Source: Nitrosopumilus sp. (GTDB lineage: Archaea > Thermoproteota > Nitrososphaeria > Nitrososphaerales > Nitrosopumilaceae). From it: a DNA stretch of 64,000 nucleotides. The stretch's first letter is position 1, and every line of letters begins with the position of its first letter. Below are positions 19,046-29,329 of the stretch, in pieces. A program made the position numbers and the translations under genes. The stretch spans positions 1 to 64,000 of the forward strand of contig OZ243974.1 of assembly GCA_965214775.1 (NCBI GenBank). Reading direction: 5' to 3'. The notes below the pieces were generated by a model. The model was not told where the DNA came from. It worked only from the letters and a program-made list of their open reading frames with translations, and searched no databases.

Positions 19046-20634
19046 GTAAGAGTTTACCACTCCTCCGCATAATTTAGATTAAGCACAAGGCCAATTTTTG
19101 ATCACCATCTGGATCCATATGCGTCTAAACCACACCTGTATTCATGCCTGATTCAGAGACCAAGATACTGCGCGACGAGCTGGCCCGCACCATAGCCGAA
19201 TTAGGCAGGAAGGACAGAACCATCGCAGACAAGGACAGAACCATCGCAGACAAGGATCTGACAATAGTCGGGCTTACCGAACAGCTGGCCGAGGTCACGG
19301 CAGAAAAGACGATGCTGACAGCAGAAAACCAGCAGCTCAAACAGCACATCAAATACTACGAAAACCCGCACACCCCCTCATCACAGAACTCGATTCCGAC
19401 CATATAGAAAAAGGCAGCTGCTGCAAAGACATCAGGCAACGTACCGGCATCTGCAAAGGCAAAGCCGGGCCGCAGGCCCGGACACAAGGGAGTATCACAC
19501 AAGAGGATGCCGACTGAGTTTGTAAAGCACTGCCCCAAAAAGTGCGACAAGTGCGGCAGCACCAACATGAAGAAGCCCAAAAGGATGTTCTCAAAGACCG
19601 TGACTGAGATCCCCAAGAAGCCCAAACCGGTCACGACACAGCAGCACATCGCATACAAACGCGAATGCGCCGACTGCGGCCACGTGTGTATCGAGGATGA
19701 CAGGGACTGGAACGTGCCTGAAACCGAGTTTGGACCAAACATTACGGGGATGATAACCTCAATGCACATGGCACCTGCCTCCATACAGGCCACGGCCACA
19801 ATGTGCTCAGAAATCCTGGACATGGATGCCTCAGAGGCAGGCGTGCTGCAGTGCCTGAGGGCCTGCACCAAGGCGATAAAGCTCAGCGTAGATGGCATAA
19901 AGCAGGCCATCAAGGATTCTGATTATATGCATATTGACGAGACTGCCATGCCATACAACGGCAGGACGGCCCGCATATGAGTAATAGTAGGCAAGTACAA
20001 GGACGGCAGCATAACCGGCGTCCACACGCTGGTCGCACCCAGCAGGGGCAGGATCATAGTTGACACGAACTTTCCGTATTATGATAAACCAGTTACAGTC
20101 GACGGGTACGGCGTATACGTCGTATTCAAGATCAGGCAGTGGTGCTGGGCACACATACTCCGGGAGGCCAAGGACGCCGGCAAGACTTCCCGGCAGGCCC
20201 ACGAACTGTATGATGCCCTCAAGAAAAAATTTCTTTTTGCCAAGGGACTGGGGCCACCACCACCACCGGAGAAGAAGGACGATGCCAGGCAGCAGCAGCA
20301 CGACATGCTGGTAATCGAGACACGTGCGCTGGCAGTAGCATTCAGGGAGGCAGGTTGCGCAAGATTTACCACAAAGCTTGGGAACGCTTCAGAATACCTG
20401 TACACGTTCGTGTTGTATCCGGGCATGGAGCCCACCAACAACCTGGCCGAGCGCATGTTGAGGCCGTCTGTAATTGCGCGCAAGATATTCCAGGGACTCC
20501 GTACCATGGAGGGCATGGAGATGTTCACCGTGCTGATGACATGCACGATGAACTGGCGCGCCCAAGGGTGTAACGTGAGTGAAATGGTTGCCAAGACCCT
20601 GACTGGAAACGTCGCCTGAGGGGTAAACTCATAC
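19046..20634 (+). mobile_element. IS66-family element, copy 1 (inactivated)
   Basis: TIRs gtaagagtttaccact / aggggtaaactcatac; near-identical to 49908-51451. Confidence 0.92.
19144..20619 (+). pseudogene. IS66 transposase pseudogene
   Basis: TAG at 19405 and TGA at 19978 where copy 2 has CAG and TGG; in-frame expansions relative to copy 2. Confidence 0.92.
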
Positions 20635-20690
20635 GACTGGCAGGGGTGCTTTTGTCACGTGTCCAACCCCTTCCCTCAACACCAACACCG

Positions 20691-21317
20691 TTATGAAATC
20701 TCGTGTCTTAGGAACTCTAGGTATTCCTTGAGGATTTTTGTTCGTCTTCTTGCCTCAAATTTGCCAGATTGGGTATTCATCAAAGACTCCAGTTTCAATA
20801 GTTTTTGATAAAAATGATCCAGGGTCCATGTCTTGTCATCAGGACCCCGAGTTTTACAAAAGGGATCCTCAACGTTGTAAAGGGGCCGCTTTAATGATCC
20901 GCCTGTGGCAAATACTCGTGCAATTCCGATTGCCCCAATTGCGTCTAATCGGTCAGCGTCCTGTAAAATTTTGCCTTCCAGGGTTTCAGGTACTTTGTTT
21001 TGAGAAAAACTGTGATCACGAATTGCGCCAAAGACTATTTCGATTTCGCTTTCGTCAAAAGAGAGTTTTTTCAGGATTTTCTTGGATTTTTTGGCACTGT
21101 CTATAGATGACTGTTTTGAACGCCTGTCTGATTTTGGATAAATGACAATGTCATGCAGCAAGGCTGCACTTGACACTAGTTTTTTATTAGCGTTCTCCTT
21201 TTTGCAAATTTTCTCTGCATTTTTGCACACCCTCATTACATGCTCAAAATCATGCGCAGGATCATCGTCACCCATCATATTTGCAACCTCCTGCCTTAGG
21301 GAATCAATCACATTCAT
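20691..21317 (-). CDS. HD-domain phosphohydrolase
   Basis: AHDFEHVMRV, LLHDI, QDADRLDAIGAIG, HFYQKLLKL; ATG 21317 overlaps the upstream stop. Confidence 0.92.
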   Translation of the reverse strand: MNVIDSLRQEVANMMGDDDPAHDFEHVMRVCKNAEKICKKENANKKLVSSAALLHDIVIYPKSDRRSKQSSIDSAKKSKKILKKLSFDESEIEIVFGAIRDHSFSQNKVPETLEGKILQDADRLDAIGAIGIARVFATGGSLKRPLYNVEDPFCKTRGPDDKTWTLDHFYQKLLKLESLMNTQSGKFEARRRTKILKEYLEFLRHEIS

Positions 21318-21934
21318 AATCGCCACACCTTTGGCCTGACAAGTTTTAATTTTCTTTGAGTGATTAACAGTGTCCAATTTATTGATGCAAAGAATATCAA
21401 GATGCCAATTCCAGCGGCGTCAATAAGCAAGATGGCAGTTAATCGATCTTCAAAAATTTCAAGAAACGGTTTGAGGGCCGCATTTCCAAAATAGATCATC
21501 ACGGCATAAGAGATGGTTCTGCCAAACCAAAATCCAACATAGATTCCCATGTTTTTTGCACGCATCAAGCCATATGAAATAAACAAAAAATTACTTGGCA
21601 GAGGCGTTGCTCCAAACAGGAAAGAGGCAATCACATATCCGTGTTTTTTCTTGTTTAGATAGTCTCCGACTATATCAAGATTAGACTTTTGTTCTTCGGA
21701 TACAAATCTGCGAAACAGTCCACTCATTTTTTTGAGGACAAACCGCCCAATTGTCGCTCCGGTTGCACCTACCATTGCAACCGCAATTACATTCAGGCCT
21801 GGATCAAGAAGATAAAAGGAGGTCAGCACTATCCAACTCGGCGGCATCAAGATCGGAGAGGCGTTTACTCCAACCAGAACCAAAAAAATTCCAAAGTATG
21901 ACAATTCTCCAAAAATTTCAAAAACATCTGCCAT
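21314..21934 (-). CDS. Membrane protein (DedA/VTT-like)
   Basis: Several hydrophobic segments; GATGATIG and ATPLPSN motifs. Confidence 0.8.
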   Translation of the reverse strand: MADVFEIFGELSYFGIFLVLVGVNASPILMPPSWIVLTSFYLLDPGLNVIAVAMVGATGATIGRFVLKKMSGLFRRFVSEEQKSNLDIVGDYLNKKKHGYVIASFLFGATPLPSNFLFISYGLMRAKNMGIYVGFWFGRTISYAVMIYFGNAALKPFLEIFEDRLTAILLIDAAGIGILIFFASINWTLLITQRKLKLVRPKVWRL

Positions 21935-22119
21935 CTTGCACAGATTCTATCATGTTTTTTGTTTCTAAACCCTTGGATCTGTCTTTAGGCATGAAAAAAT
22001 TCGAAATTGATCAGAAAAAATGAAAAAATTGCATCTTTTTGAAGACAATGATTGTGTATTGTAAGAAATCAGATCAATCATGCAATATCTTTATATGCAA
22101 TTTGTACCTAATGTCAGGC

Positions 22120-22242
22120 ATGACCGAGATAGTTTGGAAGTGTTATAGGTGCAATCTATCTTTCAAGGACGAGGAACTTGCAGAAATCCATACCCAGATT
22201 ACAGGTCATACTGTAACCAAAGTAAAGGCACTAGCTGTATAA
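22120..22242 (+). CDS. Small C2H2-type zinc finger protein
   Basis: WKCYRC..F.....AEIH...TGH; TATA-like tttata upstream. Confidence 0.7.
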   Translation: MTEIVWKCYRCNLSFKDEELAEIHTQITGHTVTKVKALAV

Positions 22243-22245
22243 GCC

Positions 22246-22394
22246 GGGGTTGCCGCATAATTCCTCCAAATCGCGATCAAATGTGTCAATCCCCAGATAT
22301 GTTTTTCCTGCTTAGACATGTTTAGCCGACATGCCAAAAGAACGTCAAGTGTGCATATAGGATGTCGTTTTATTACAAATTAGGCGACAGTTCC
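22246..22394. mobile_element. M3-related MITE (same TIR type, different body)
   Basis: ggggttgccgcataatt ... aattaggcgacagttcc. Confidence 0.55.
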
Positions 22395-22453
22395 ATAGAA
22401 CCGCCGCTGCCGCCATCAGACCACAGCCATAAAGCATTCCATTTTTGAAAAAA

Positions 22454-22559
22454 GTGGTGCAGAGGGTGGGATTCGAACCCACGAACTCCTGAGAGAAGGG
22501 ATTTCCTATTTTTGAGGATCTTGAGTCCCTCTCGGTTGACCGGGCTTCGATACCTCTGC
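22454..22559 (-). tRNA. tRNA-Leu(CAA) with 17-nt intron at position 37/38 and encoded CCA
   Basis: Acceptor stem GCAGAGG/CCTCTGC, T-loop GTTCGAATC, anticodon arm AGGGA-CTCAAG|intron|A-TCCCT, long variable arm. Confidence 0.93.
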
Positions 22560-22682
22560 AACAAGACTGGATAATGTCCGATATTTTTCAATTTCTATTT
22601 TAAGAAACCCAGTTTCCGATCTAGGAATCGGGGATTTTTTGAGGGTTCTGCTAGCTGATGCCACCTGAGAGGTGATCCGAAA

Positions 22683-23759
22683 TCAGAGGCCGAGTGCCTG
22701 TCCGCAGCTGTTCTGCGGCCGATCTTCATTAGGACGCAGTAGTAGCAATGGTAGTGATTCGGGCAGGCGTCCTCTAGTTGACTGGCCCGCACACGATGCG
22801 GCATGCAAGATCGTGTTTTTTGAGCGGGTTCTGAACTGGTCTCCAATGATTCTGTATGTTTTGACCTTGTGTATGTGGTTCTCCACGTACACACGTATCT
22901 TTGAGTGCGTGATATTGTACTCTTTTTGCGCATCAGTGAGCTTGCCGCCCGGTTTTTTCTTGATGGAAAGATGACGTACGTGCCTGCATCCCCTGACTGT
23001 GCTCCCTGGTATCCGCGGTCCATGTAGTGACGCAGCTTTGTGCTCTTTTGTTGTTGTTGTGGCGCATCACCATCCCCGCTGCCGCCGGGACACTTTTTCT
23101 TTTTCTCTTTCTCCTTTCTTTGGTCGTACCGGAACGTGGGATGCCTCATCTGGTACATCGTGATGTCGTTTACACGTCCCGGAGAGTGGGGTGTGTCTTG
23201 TACACTATGAGTCCGTGGATGTTGGTGGTGTACTGGACCTTGACTGTGTGCGTGCGTGCCTTGCCTGAATAGTGCGATTTCTCCATGTCCTTTCTCTTGG
23301 ACCTGCATATCTTTTGTTCTGAGGCATCTGTCAGGCAGACAAGTTCCGGTAATACGTTCATTAGTTCCTCTACTGAGGATATTCTCTTGGTGCCCGAATA
23401 GATCTTTTCGGGGATCGACAGGCACCCTTTGAGAACCGGCGCAATCCTGTCAATTGTGCGCAAGACTGATGCCTGTCCTATTCCGAACATGGCAGATGCC
23501 ACGTCCTGCGTGACGTACGTCCTGTAGTAGAACAGGGACAGCAGAAGGCTTTCCTTTAGGTTCAGAGCAATCGGGCGTCCTGCACCGATGATGTCACGCT
23601 TGCGGTCTTTTTTGGCAGAAAGCAGAAAGCCTCTTTCTGTCCATCTTTGGGTGTTTTTTTGCCACCTTTGCATACAACAAATCAAATTCGGGGGCAGTCA
23701 TGCCGGCAAACATCTTCTTGAATGTCCGGAGTTTTTGACAATTTATCAAATAACTTCAT
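22683..23759 (-). pseudogene. ISL2-like transposase pseudogene (several frameshifts)
   Basis: GAGRP..L, YYRTYVTQ, TDASEQ, YSGK..HTVKVQ, MDRGYQG and VENHIHKVK in different frames. Confidence 0.82.
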
Positions 23760-23765
23760 GAATTA

Positions 23766-23844
23766 TAGCAACAAGCAGAAATAATTGAGGTTTTTTACGT
23801 GTAGTTATGACCTACCTTGACTCAAAGACTTCTGCCCGTTACTA
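23766..23844. mobile_element. MITE family M5
   Basis: Near-identical to 9069-9147; TA on both sides. Confidence 0.9.
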
Positions 23845-23873
23845 TATGTACATTTTGCCGGCATTTGGATCGG

Positions 23874-24926
23874 TGTAGTATATGAAAAGTCGGTTCGCTA
23901 GTCATCTGCATCCCTCTCCATCCATTTTGGGTCCTTCCTCCTGATCGCTTCCGTTGCCTCCTTGCTTCTAAACGCCAGAAGCGGCGTCTCACAGTTGGCA
24001 ATGTCAAGCGAAAAGTGGGGGCCTTCTCTCGTTGTAATAGTCCACGTACTGCCTCAGGCCGTCATAATGCCCTATCTCCTCCTCGATGGTGTGATGGAGC
24101 CTCTCCAGCTTGCCGTTGGTCTCCGGGTGGTACGGCCTGGAGTTTATCAGCCCGATACCCCGGTCCAGCAGCTCGGCCTCAAAGGCAGTCGGCGTCCATG
24201 TTCCGCGTGGCATGCTCTTCTTGCTGCGGCCGCCGTTGAAACACCTGCCGTTGTCAGACAGTATGGTAGCCGGTGTGCCAAATTTGCCTATGGCCTCCCT
24301 GAGGGTTGTGACCACGTTCTCGGATGTGGCCTCGGCAAACGTCCGTGCCTCCGTGATACATCGGGAGGAATCGTCCAAAAACGTGACCAGTTTGAGCCCT
24401 CTCAGGCGTGGATCCTTCATGGTATGCCAGTCCACGTGCCACATTGCGTTGGAGTACTTGCGTTCATAGTGCAGCCACTTCTTTTGGCCCGACTTGGCAT
24501 CTGATGCAGTAACGACTCCCTGCTCCTTCATTATCCGAATACGCTGTTGTAGCTTATAACGTGACCTGCATCCTGCAGGCGCATGGTAGTGTGTATCACG
24601 CCCACGTGCTCTATACAGTGCATGTCCAAGACTGTTCGCACTTGGCCTGCCGCGGGCTGCGGTGCGGCCTTTCTTCCCGCCTTTTGCTGCACGTGCATCT
24701 TTCCGGTCCGGCGGTACCCGGCGTAAATCTTCCTCACGTGCCGTGGCGTCACCTTCATGTTACGGGCCAGCGACGTGGCGCTCTTTCCGGCATTACGTCC
24801 CTTGACGACATGCCTGATCTCTTTGTCCGACATCTTTCCTGTCATGTCTTTATCTGATCGATACAGCCTGAAATAGTCAGCGATCGTACGCCTTATCTTA
24901 GGCGGATCTAATTTCTGTATAAGACA
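23874..24926 (-). mobile_element. IS481-family element C
   Basis: TGT-starting ends at 23874 and 24926 (rc). Confidence 0.88.
23898..24845 (-). pseudogene. IS481 transposase with two frameshifts (~24535, ~24015)
   Basis: ORF pieces 24531-24845 and 24004-24531 plus C-terminal KDPKWMERDADD*. Confidence 0.85.
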
Positions 24927-25070
24927 GCCCGCTATTTTGTTCAAGCACTATAGCGGGTAGGGACGCCTTACAGTTGATCTGTGTGATCTGGATTTGCTTG
25001 CATTTTTGGTGAATTTTTTTACGCTGCCGTCTGCCAGGCGTATTTAAAGGGGATACATTTCCGTCTACTG
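24927..25070 (-). mobile_element. Left-end remnant of an ISH3-family element
   Basis: Reverse complement aligns with 26599-26742. Confidence 0.85.
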
Positions 25071-25229
25071 AAATTGTCCATTTTTTTATGTAGTGACTAT
25101 GGATCACACAGATCTCTGACACTCTCGAAACAGATATCTGTAATACGGGGCAGTGACAGCATTGTCTAACATGGAGCCAAAGACAGAATTACCCCCCGGG
25201 GGGGCAGTACGTGCAAAAAGGGCGGCAAG

Positions 25230-26171
25230 GTGTCACTGCTAATCAGGGTGTACAACGGGGAAAGGTACCTGGTGCAGTCCATAGAGTCCGCGCTGGCACA
25301 GACGTACGGCAACATTGAGGTCATAGCCGTAAACGACGGCTCCACGGACGGATCAGCCGATATATTGGAGCGGTACTCTGACAGGATCAGGATAATCAAT
25401 ACGAGACATGCGGGCCGCGCGGCCGCCTACAACGCGGGAATCGCCCACATGACCGGGGAATGGCTTGCAGAAGTGGCCGCCGACGACATAATATATCCTG
25501 ACGCCGTAGAGAGGCTTGTCGGGGCCGCCGAGGAGCTCGGCTCCTCCTCAACCACTAAAATAATACCGTTTTTTGATCTACAGCTGCTGGGATCCGACGG
25601 AAGGCCAAACGGCAGAACGCTGTCGTACCACATGGACAACTCCATGGACGCGCTGGAGCAGGGCGCCTCGATGTCCTGCATGTACTTTGGGCATATGTGC
25701 GTCTCCATCATTCACAGATCGATTCTTGAGGACGTCGGGGGATTCGACGAGGGCCTTGACAGAGGCGAGGACGTGGAGTTCAACATGAGGCTGACCATAA
25801 ATCACGAGTACAGGTTCTACCATGTTCCAAGGATCATATACGGGTACCGCCAGCACGACGAGCAGGAGAGGCTGACTCCAAGGGAGAGGTACAACCTGAG
25901 GTACAACATATGGAAGTTGACGATCGGCAATCTGAGCGGGCCGGACAGGAAGAGATACGCCGAGGCCAAGAGGAAGATCGGACGCAGGTTCATCATCATA
26001 TCGACGTGCCGTCGCGTCGAGTACGTCCTGATCTCGTTCGCGTACGGCACGCATGACAGCGCTGTGGCAAGGCTTGCGGCCAGAATGCTCGGAGTCCTGC
26101 TTGAGAGCAGGCTCGTGGGCTTACTGGTGTACCACCTGAGAACCACAAGGATCAGACCACGGGAGGACTGA
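25230..26171 (+). CDS. Glycosyltransferase family 2; the true start may be ATG 25171, out of frame by one base
   Basis: VSLLIRVYN, VNDGSTDGS, AADD, VGGFDE..GED, YRQH. Confidence 0.88.
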   Translation: MSLLIRVYNGERYLVQSIESALAQTYGNIEVIAVNDGSTDGSADILERYSDRIRIINTRHAGRAAAYNAGIAHMTGEWLAEVAADDIIYPDAVERLVGAAEELGSSSTTKIIPFFDLQLLGSDGRPNGRTLSYHMDNSMDALEQGASMSCMYFGHMCVSIIHRSILEDVGGFDEGLDRGEDVEFNMRLTINHEYRFYHVPRIIYGYRQHDEQERLTPRERYNLRYNIWKLTIGNLSGPDRKRYAEAKRKIGRRFIIISTCRRVEYVLISFAYGTHDSAVARLAARMLGVLLESRLVGLLVYHLRTTRIRPRED

Positions 26172-26190
26172 GCCTGACATATTCTTTATC

Positions 26191-26283
26191 GTATGTGGTC
26201 ACCTACCCCTATCAATCAGGCATGAATTGGCATGTACAATTATGATTTCCGTGCCTAGCCGGCAAGGGGACGTGACCTCATAC
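26191..26283. mobile_element. MITE family M2
   Basis: Reverse complement of 18588-18680; no TSD seen. Confidence 0.88.
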
Positions 26284-26284
26284 C

Positions 26285-26496
26285 ATTAATCAGTTAAGTG
26301 AAAAGAAAATTGGAAATACAACACAACTCGAAGTAGAAAAAGAAATCAAAACAATAGAATTGATTTTAAAGCAATACCCTCAAACCGAAGCTGTGATACG
26401 TGAGTATGCATTTGATCCATTCAAGTATTTCAAAGCCATATGTGAAAATACGTTGTATTCAGCATATTCAATGACATTATTTGTATTAGGTCGTAA
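26285..26496 (+). pseudogene. AT-rich gene fragment between two M2 MITEs
   Basis: Stop-free frame INQLSEKKIG...LFVLGR with no start. Confidence 0.45.
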
Positions 26497-26589
26497 GTAC
26501 GAGGTCACCTACCCCCATCAGTCAGGCACGAATTAGCATGAATGATTGTAATCTTCGTGCCTAGCTAGCAAGGGGACGTGACCACATAC
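26497..26589. mobile_element. MITE family M2
   Basis: 8-bp TSD ggtcgtaa at 26489-26496 and 26590-26597. Confidence 0.9.
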
Positions 26590-26598
26590 GGTCGTAAA

Positions 26599-27948
26599 CA
26601 GTAGACGGAAATGTACCCCCTTTAAATACGTCTGACAGACGACAGCGTAAAAAAATCTACCAAAAATGTAAACAAATCTAGATCACACAGATCAACTGTA
26701 AGGCGCCCCTACCCGCTATAGTGATTGGACAAAATAGCGGGCAAAAGCACCGCATCAACATGGGCAACAGGGTGCTTAATACCTTGGCAAACATCATAGG
26801 CGGCGGGGGCGAGATCAAGTTCTCCAAGCAGCATAACGCGCTATACGGACTGTCACAGTTTGTGATGATCCTGGCATCCATGTGCAAATCAGGCCAGACT
26901 GCAACAGAGAGCGTGATAGAGTTTGAAGACAGCGAGAACCTGCCCACTGCCAGGTGGTTTCACGGAATGGTCCGAACCGCAGGCCTTGACGGAATAAGAC
27001 AGATTTGCGATGACCTGATGGATATTGCAATCAAGGCCGCCAAAAAGGGCGGCATTCACAGTAACGGCCCCGTCATGATTGCAATAGACAAGCACGAGAT
27101 ACCGCGGTATGACAAGGACAACATGAAGTATCTGATAAGATCAAAGCCCAAAAAGGGAACAAGCAAGTTCGAGGCGTATGCGACCATGCAGGCAGTCGAC
27201 TCTCCTGTCAATGCCACGCTCGGATGCATTCCGCTCACAAGGGAGGACTTTGACGCCGATTTCGTGCGTAAATTTGTGAATATTCTCAGGAAATCAAACA
27301 TAATGTACCGGCTCTTTCTGCTGGATCGGGAGTTCTACTCAGTTGACATAATGACAGAGATGTATCGTGCAGGAAAAAAGTTCCTGATGCCTGCAATCAA
27401 GAATGCCACAGTAAAGAATGCAATAGAGGCGGCACACGCAGCAGGCAAGACCAAGGGGAGCTGCGTGTCTGATTTTACCATTACAAACCGCAAAGGCAAG
27501 ACCGCATCATTTAACCTGGTCATCGTGCCGTCTGCCATGCACGGGCAGGAGGGCAAGACAGTAGTGGAACAGTACGTGGCATTTGCCACCAACCTCCCGT
27601 TCTCCAACGCACTGCACGAGATCGATACTGCCTCACCGGACTACCGGAAGAGGTGGGGCATAGAGACAGGATACAGGCAGATAGAGCAGATACGGGCCAA
27701 GACCATAAGCAGGAACCAGGACATCAGGCTGCTTGTATTTTTTGTGTCTGTCTTTGTGTACAACATGTGGGCCATCGAGCGCAACAGGGACGACATATGG
27801 TGTGCGAGAAGGGATCTTACGTTATTGCGGGTTTCATGCGCGCTTCTCATGGCTGCTAGAAGGAATCTTGCAGAATACGGGTTTGCCGGCCCGCCACTGC
27901 CGCCGTAGGGTCGAGGTGGCCTTTGGGGGGTTACATTTCCGTCTACTG
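26599..27948 (+). mobile_element. ISH3-family element
   Basis: TIR cagtagacggaaatgta at both ends; 5-bp TSD gtaaa. Confidence 0.9.
26721..27908 (+). CDS. ISH3-family (IS4-like) transposase, apparently intact
   Basis: IAIDKHEIPRY, LLDREFYS, YRKRWGIETGYR. Confidence 0.9.
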   Translation: MIGQNSGQKHRINMGNRVLNTLANIIGGGGEIKFSKQHNALYGLSQFVMILASMCKSGQTATESVIEFEDSENLPTARWFHGMVRTAGLDGIRQICDDLMDIAIKAAKKGGIHSNGPVMIAIDKHEIPRYDKDNMKYLIRSKPKKGTSKFEAYATMQAVDSPVNATLGCIPLTREDFDADFVRKFVNILRKSNIMYRLFLLDREFYSVDIMTEMYRAGKKFLMPAIKNATVKNAIEAAHAAGKTKGSCVSDFTITNRKGKTASFNLVIVPSAMHGQEGKTVVEQYVAFATNLPFSNALHEIDTASPDYRKRWGIETGYRQIEQIRAKTISRNQDIRLLVFFVSVFVYNMWAIERNRDDIWCARRDLTLLRVSCALLMAARRNLAEYGFAGPPLPP

Positions 27949-27966
27949 GTAAATAGTGGTAAAAGC

Positions 27967-28096
27967 GGGGTTGTCGCCTAATTCCACTTATTTGACTCAA
28001 CCTGCATGTTTTTCTGAATTACCGCCCTTTTACACGCCTGATCCATATGGCAACTCAATGGTTTTCAGGGATTCTGGCGAATTAGGCGACAACCCC
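27967..28096. mobile_element. MITE family M3
   Basis: Perfect TIR ggggttgtcgcctaattc; 130 bp. Confidence 0.9.
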
Positions 28097-28294
28097 CCCT
28101 TGTACCATAAATCACTTCCAGAGCCCGATCAGTTACTGTTTTGTCCGCGATATCTCTGTGTTATTTAAAGAAGACTTGGTATGTTTTTATGCCTGTCATT
28201 GGTAATAGAACCGTTTGGTACCTGCCTATACGTGAATCCTTGGAACTAGCAGGGTTGCTGGGGTTCGGGGTTGATGTGGGTATAGGCCCCCAAA

Positions 28295-28903
28295 CTATTT
28301 TAAAACACTATTTCTGAGCCTAGTTCCGATCCTGTCTGTGACGTCCAGACGTGTTACGCTTTTTGGTTCCATTCCTTTGTTGTTTGCCCACGCGACGATG
28401 TCCGCCAGTGCATGGGCATCGCCATCACGGACATGCGTCACGTATGCATGTCTCAGGCCAACATCCTTTGCAAAATCGACACAGTCGCCATCGCATCGGA
28501 ATACAACGTCTGACAGGGCGTGTCTGTGTGCAGCCAGGAAATGCTGAATCCTGCCCCGGAGTTCTTTTAGCAGCAGGCGATTATACGCCCTCAAGACCCG
28601 CCTCGTTGCGGCATAACTATTTTTAGTCTTTTTCATTTTGACGATTTTATCAACTATGAGATCTCTGTCTATTTTAACGCATAACACAGCACATTCTTTG
28701 CTGCGAAACTCCAACCTGGATAGGATGGATCTGCGGACCTTTCTGGGCATGCCACTCATGTGTATCTGCTTGTATCCCAAAGATTCCACGAGTGATCGTA
28801 TGTACGCATCAACGCCGATAACAACAGCCAGGTACAGGTTCTGTTGTCTTGGACATCCGGACACGTCCAGTCCAGCTACAAGTCCGGACACGGCTTGACC
28901 CAT
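28295..28903 (-). CDS. Hypothetical protein, DUF3800-like RNase H fold predicted
   Basis: N-terminal GLDVSG, central CDGD and C-terminal ALADIVA resemble the DESG...D...LAD pattern of DUF3800. Family assignment is tentative. Confidence 0.6.
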   Translation of the reverse strand: MGQAVSGLVAGLDVSGCPRQQNLYLAVVIGVDAYIRSLVESLGYKQIHMSGMPRKVRRSILSRLEFRSKECAVLCVKIDRDLIVDKIVKMKKTKNSYAATRRVLRAYNRLLLKELRGRIQHFLAAHRHALSDVVFRCDGDCVDFAKDVGLRHAYVTHVRDGDAHALADIVAWANNKGMEPKSVTRLDVTDRIGTRLRNSVLK

Positions 28904-29329
28904 CCTTCACGTAACGCAGTTGATGCGTCCGTGTGCTTGCTAGTCCGTCCCTCCTTCCCCGTGTTCCGTATTGTCATGTCTTTGTTCTTTACACTCTTTT
29001 TTTGGTAGGTAAAAAGCCTCCTGTGTCAGACTTGCTGACATAAGAGCAGCACAATTTCCCTCCGCCCCGGCAATCAGGTGCCGACGGATACATTCGAAAA
29101 GACGTTCGGTCAGCCGACAGTCCGCAGTCCGTACCGCATTCTGCACGCGATCACGGCAACCCTAACCTGCATCCTGTCGTATCTGAAAATTATTTTGCTT
29201 TTTAAGTGACATCGTACCGTTCTCCTGACTGTTCGTCAACGACCGCGGCTCCTTCTGAGAGTTGATTCGAAATTAGCAAATTTTGATCAAACAGACACAT
29301 AATGTACACCAACCCGATCCAAATGCCGG

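Larger units (their letters stand above)
18055..20634. mobile_element. Composite transposon bounded by an M1 MITE (left) and an IS66 (right)
   Basis: 9-bp TSD gactggcag at 18046-18054 and 20635-20643. Confidence 0.8.
22669..23873 (-). mobile_element. IS5-family (ISL2-like, HTH_Tnp_4/DDE_Tnp_4) element, degenerate; left end displaced to 29259-29313
   Basis: End gaggtgatccgaaatcag at 22669; matching end at 29259. Confidence 0.75.

Noticed and set aside
19405-19980. Stop-codon recoding (Pyl/Sec) in the IS66 transposase
   Set aside because: The intact copy has CAG and TGG at these sites, so these are ordinary nonsense mutations.
24927-27948. ISH3 composite transposon carrying the glycosyltransferase
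   Set aside because: The right ISH3 has its own 5-bp TSD (independent insertion), and the left copy is only a remnant.
28940-29146. Partner gene upstream of the DUF3800-like ORF
   Set aside because: 68-aa GTG-start ORF with no recognisable motif; cannot be supported without a search.
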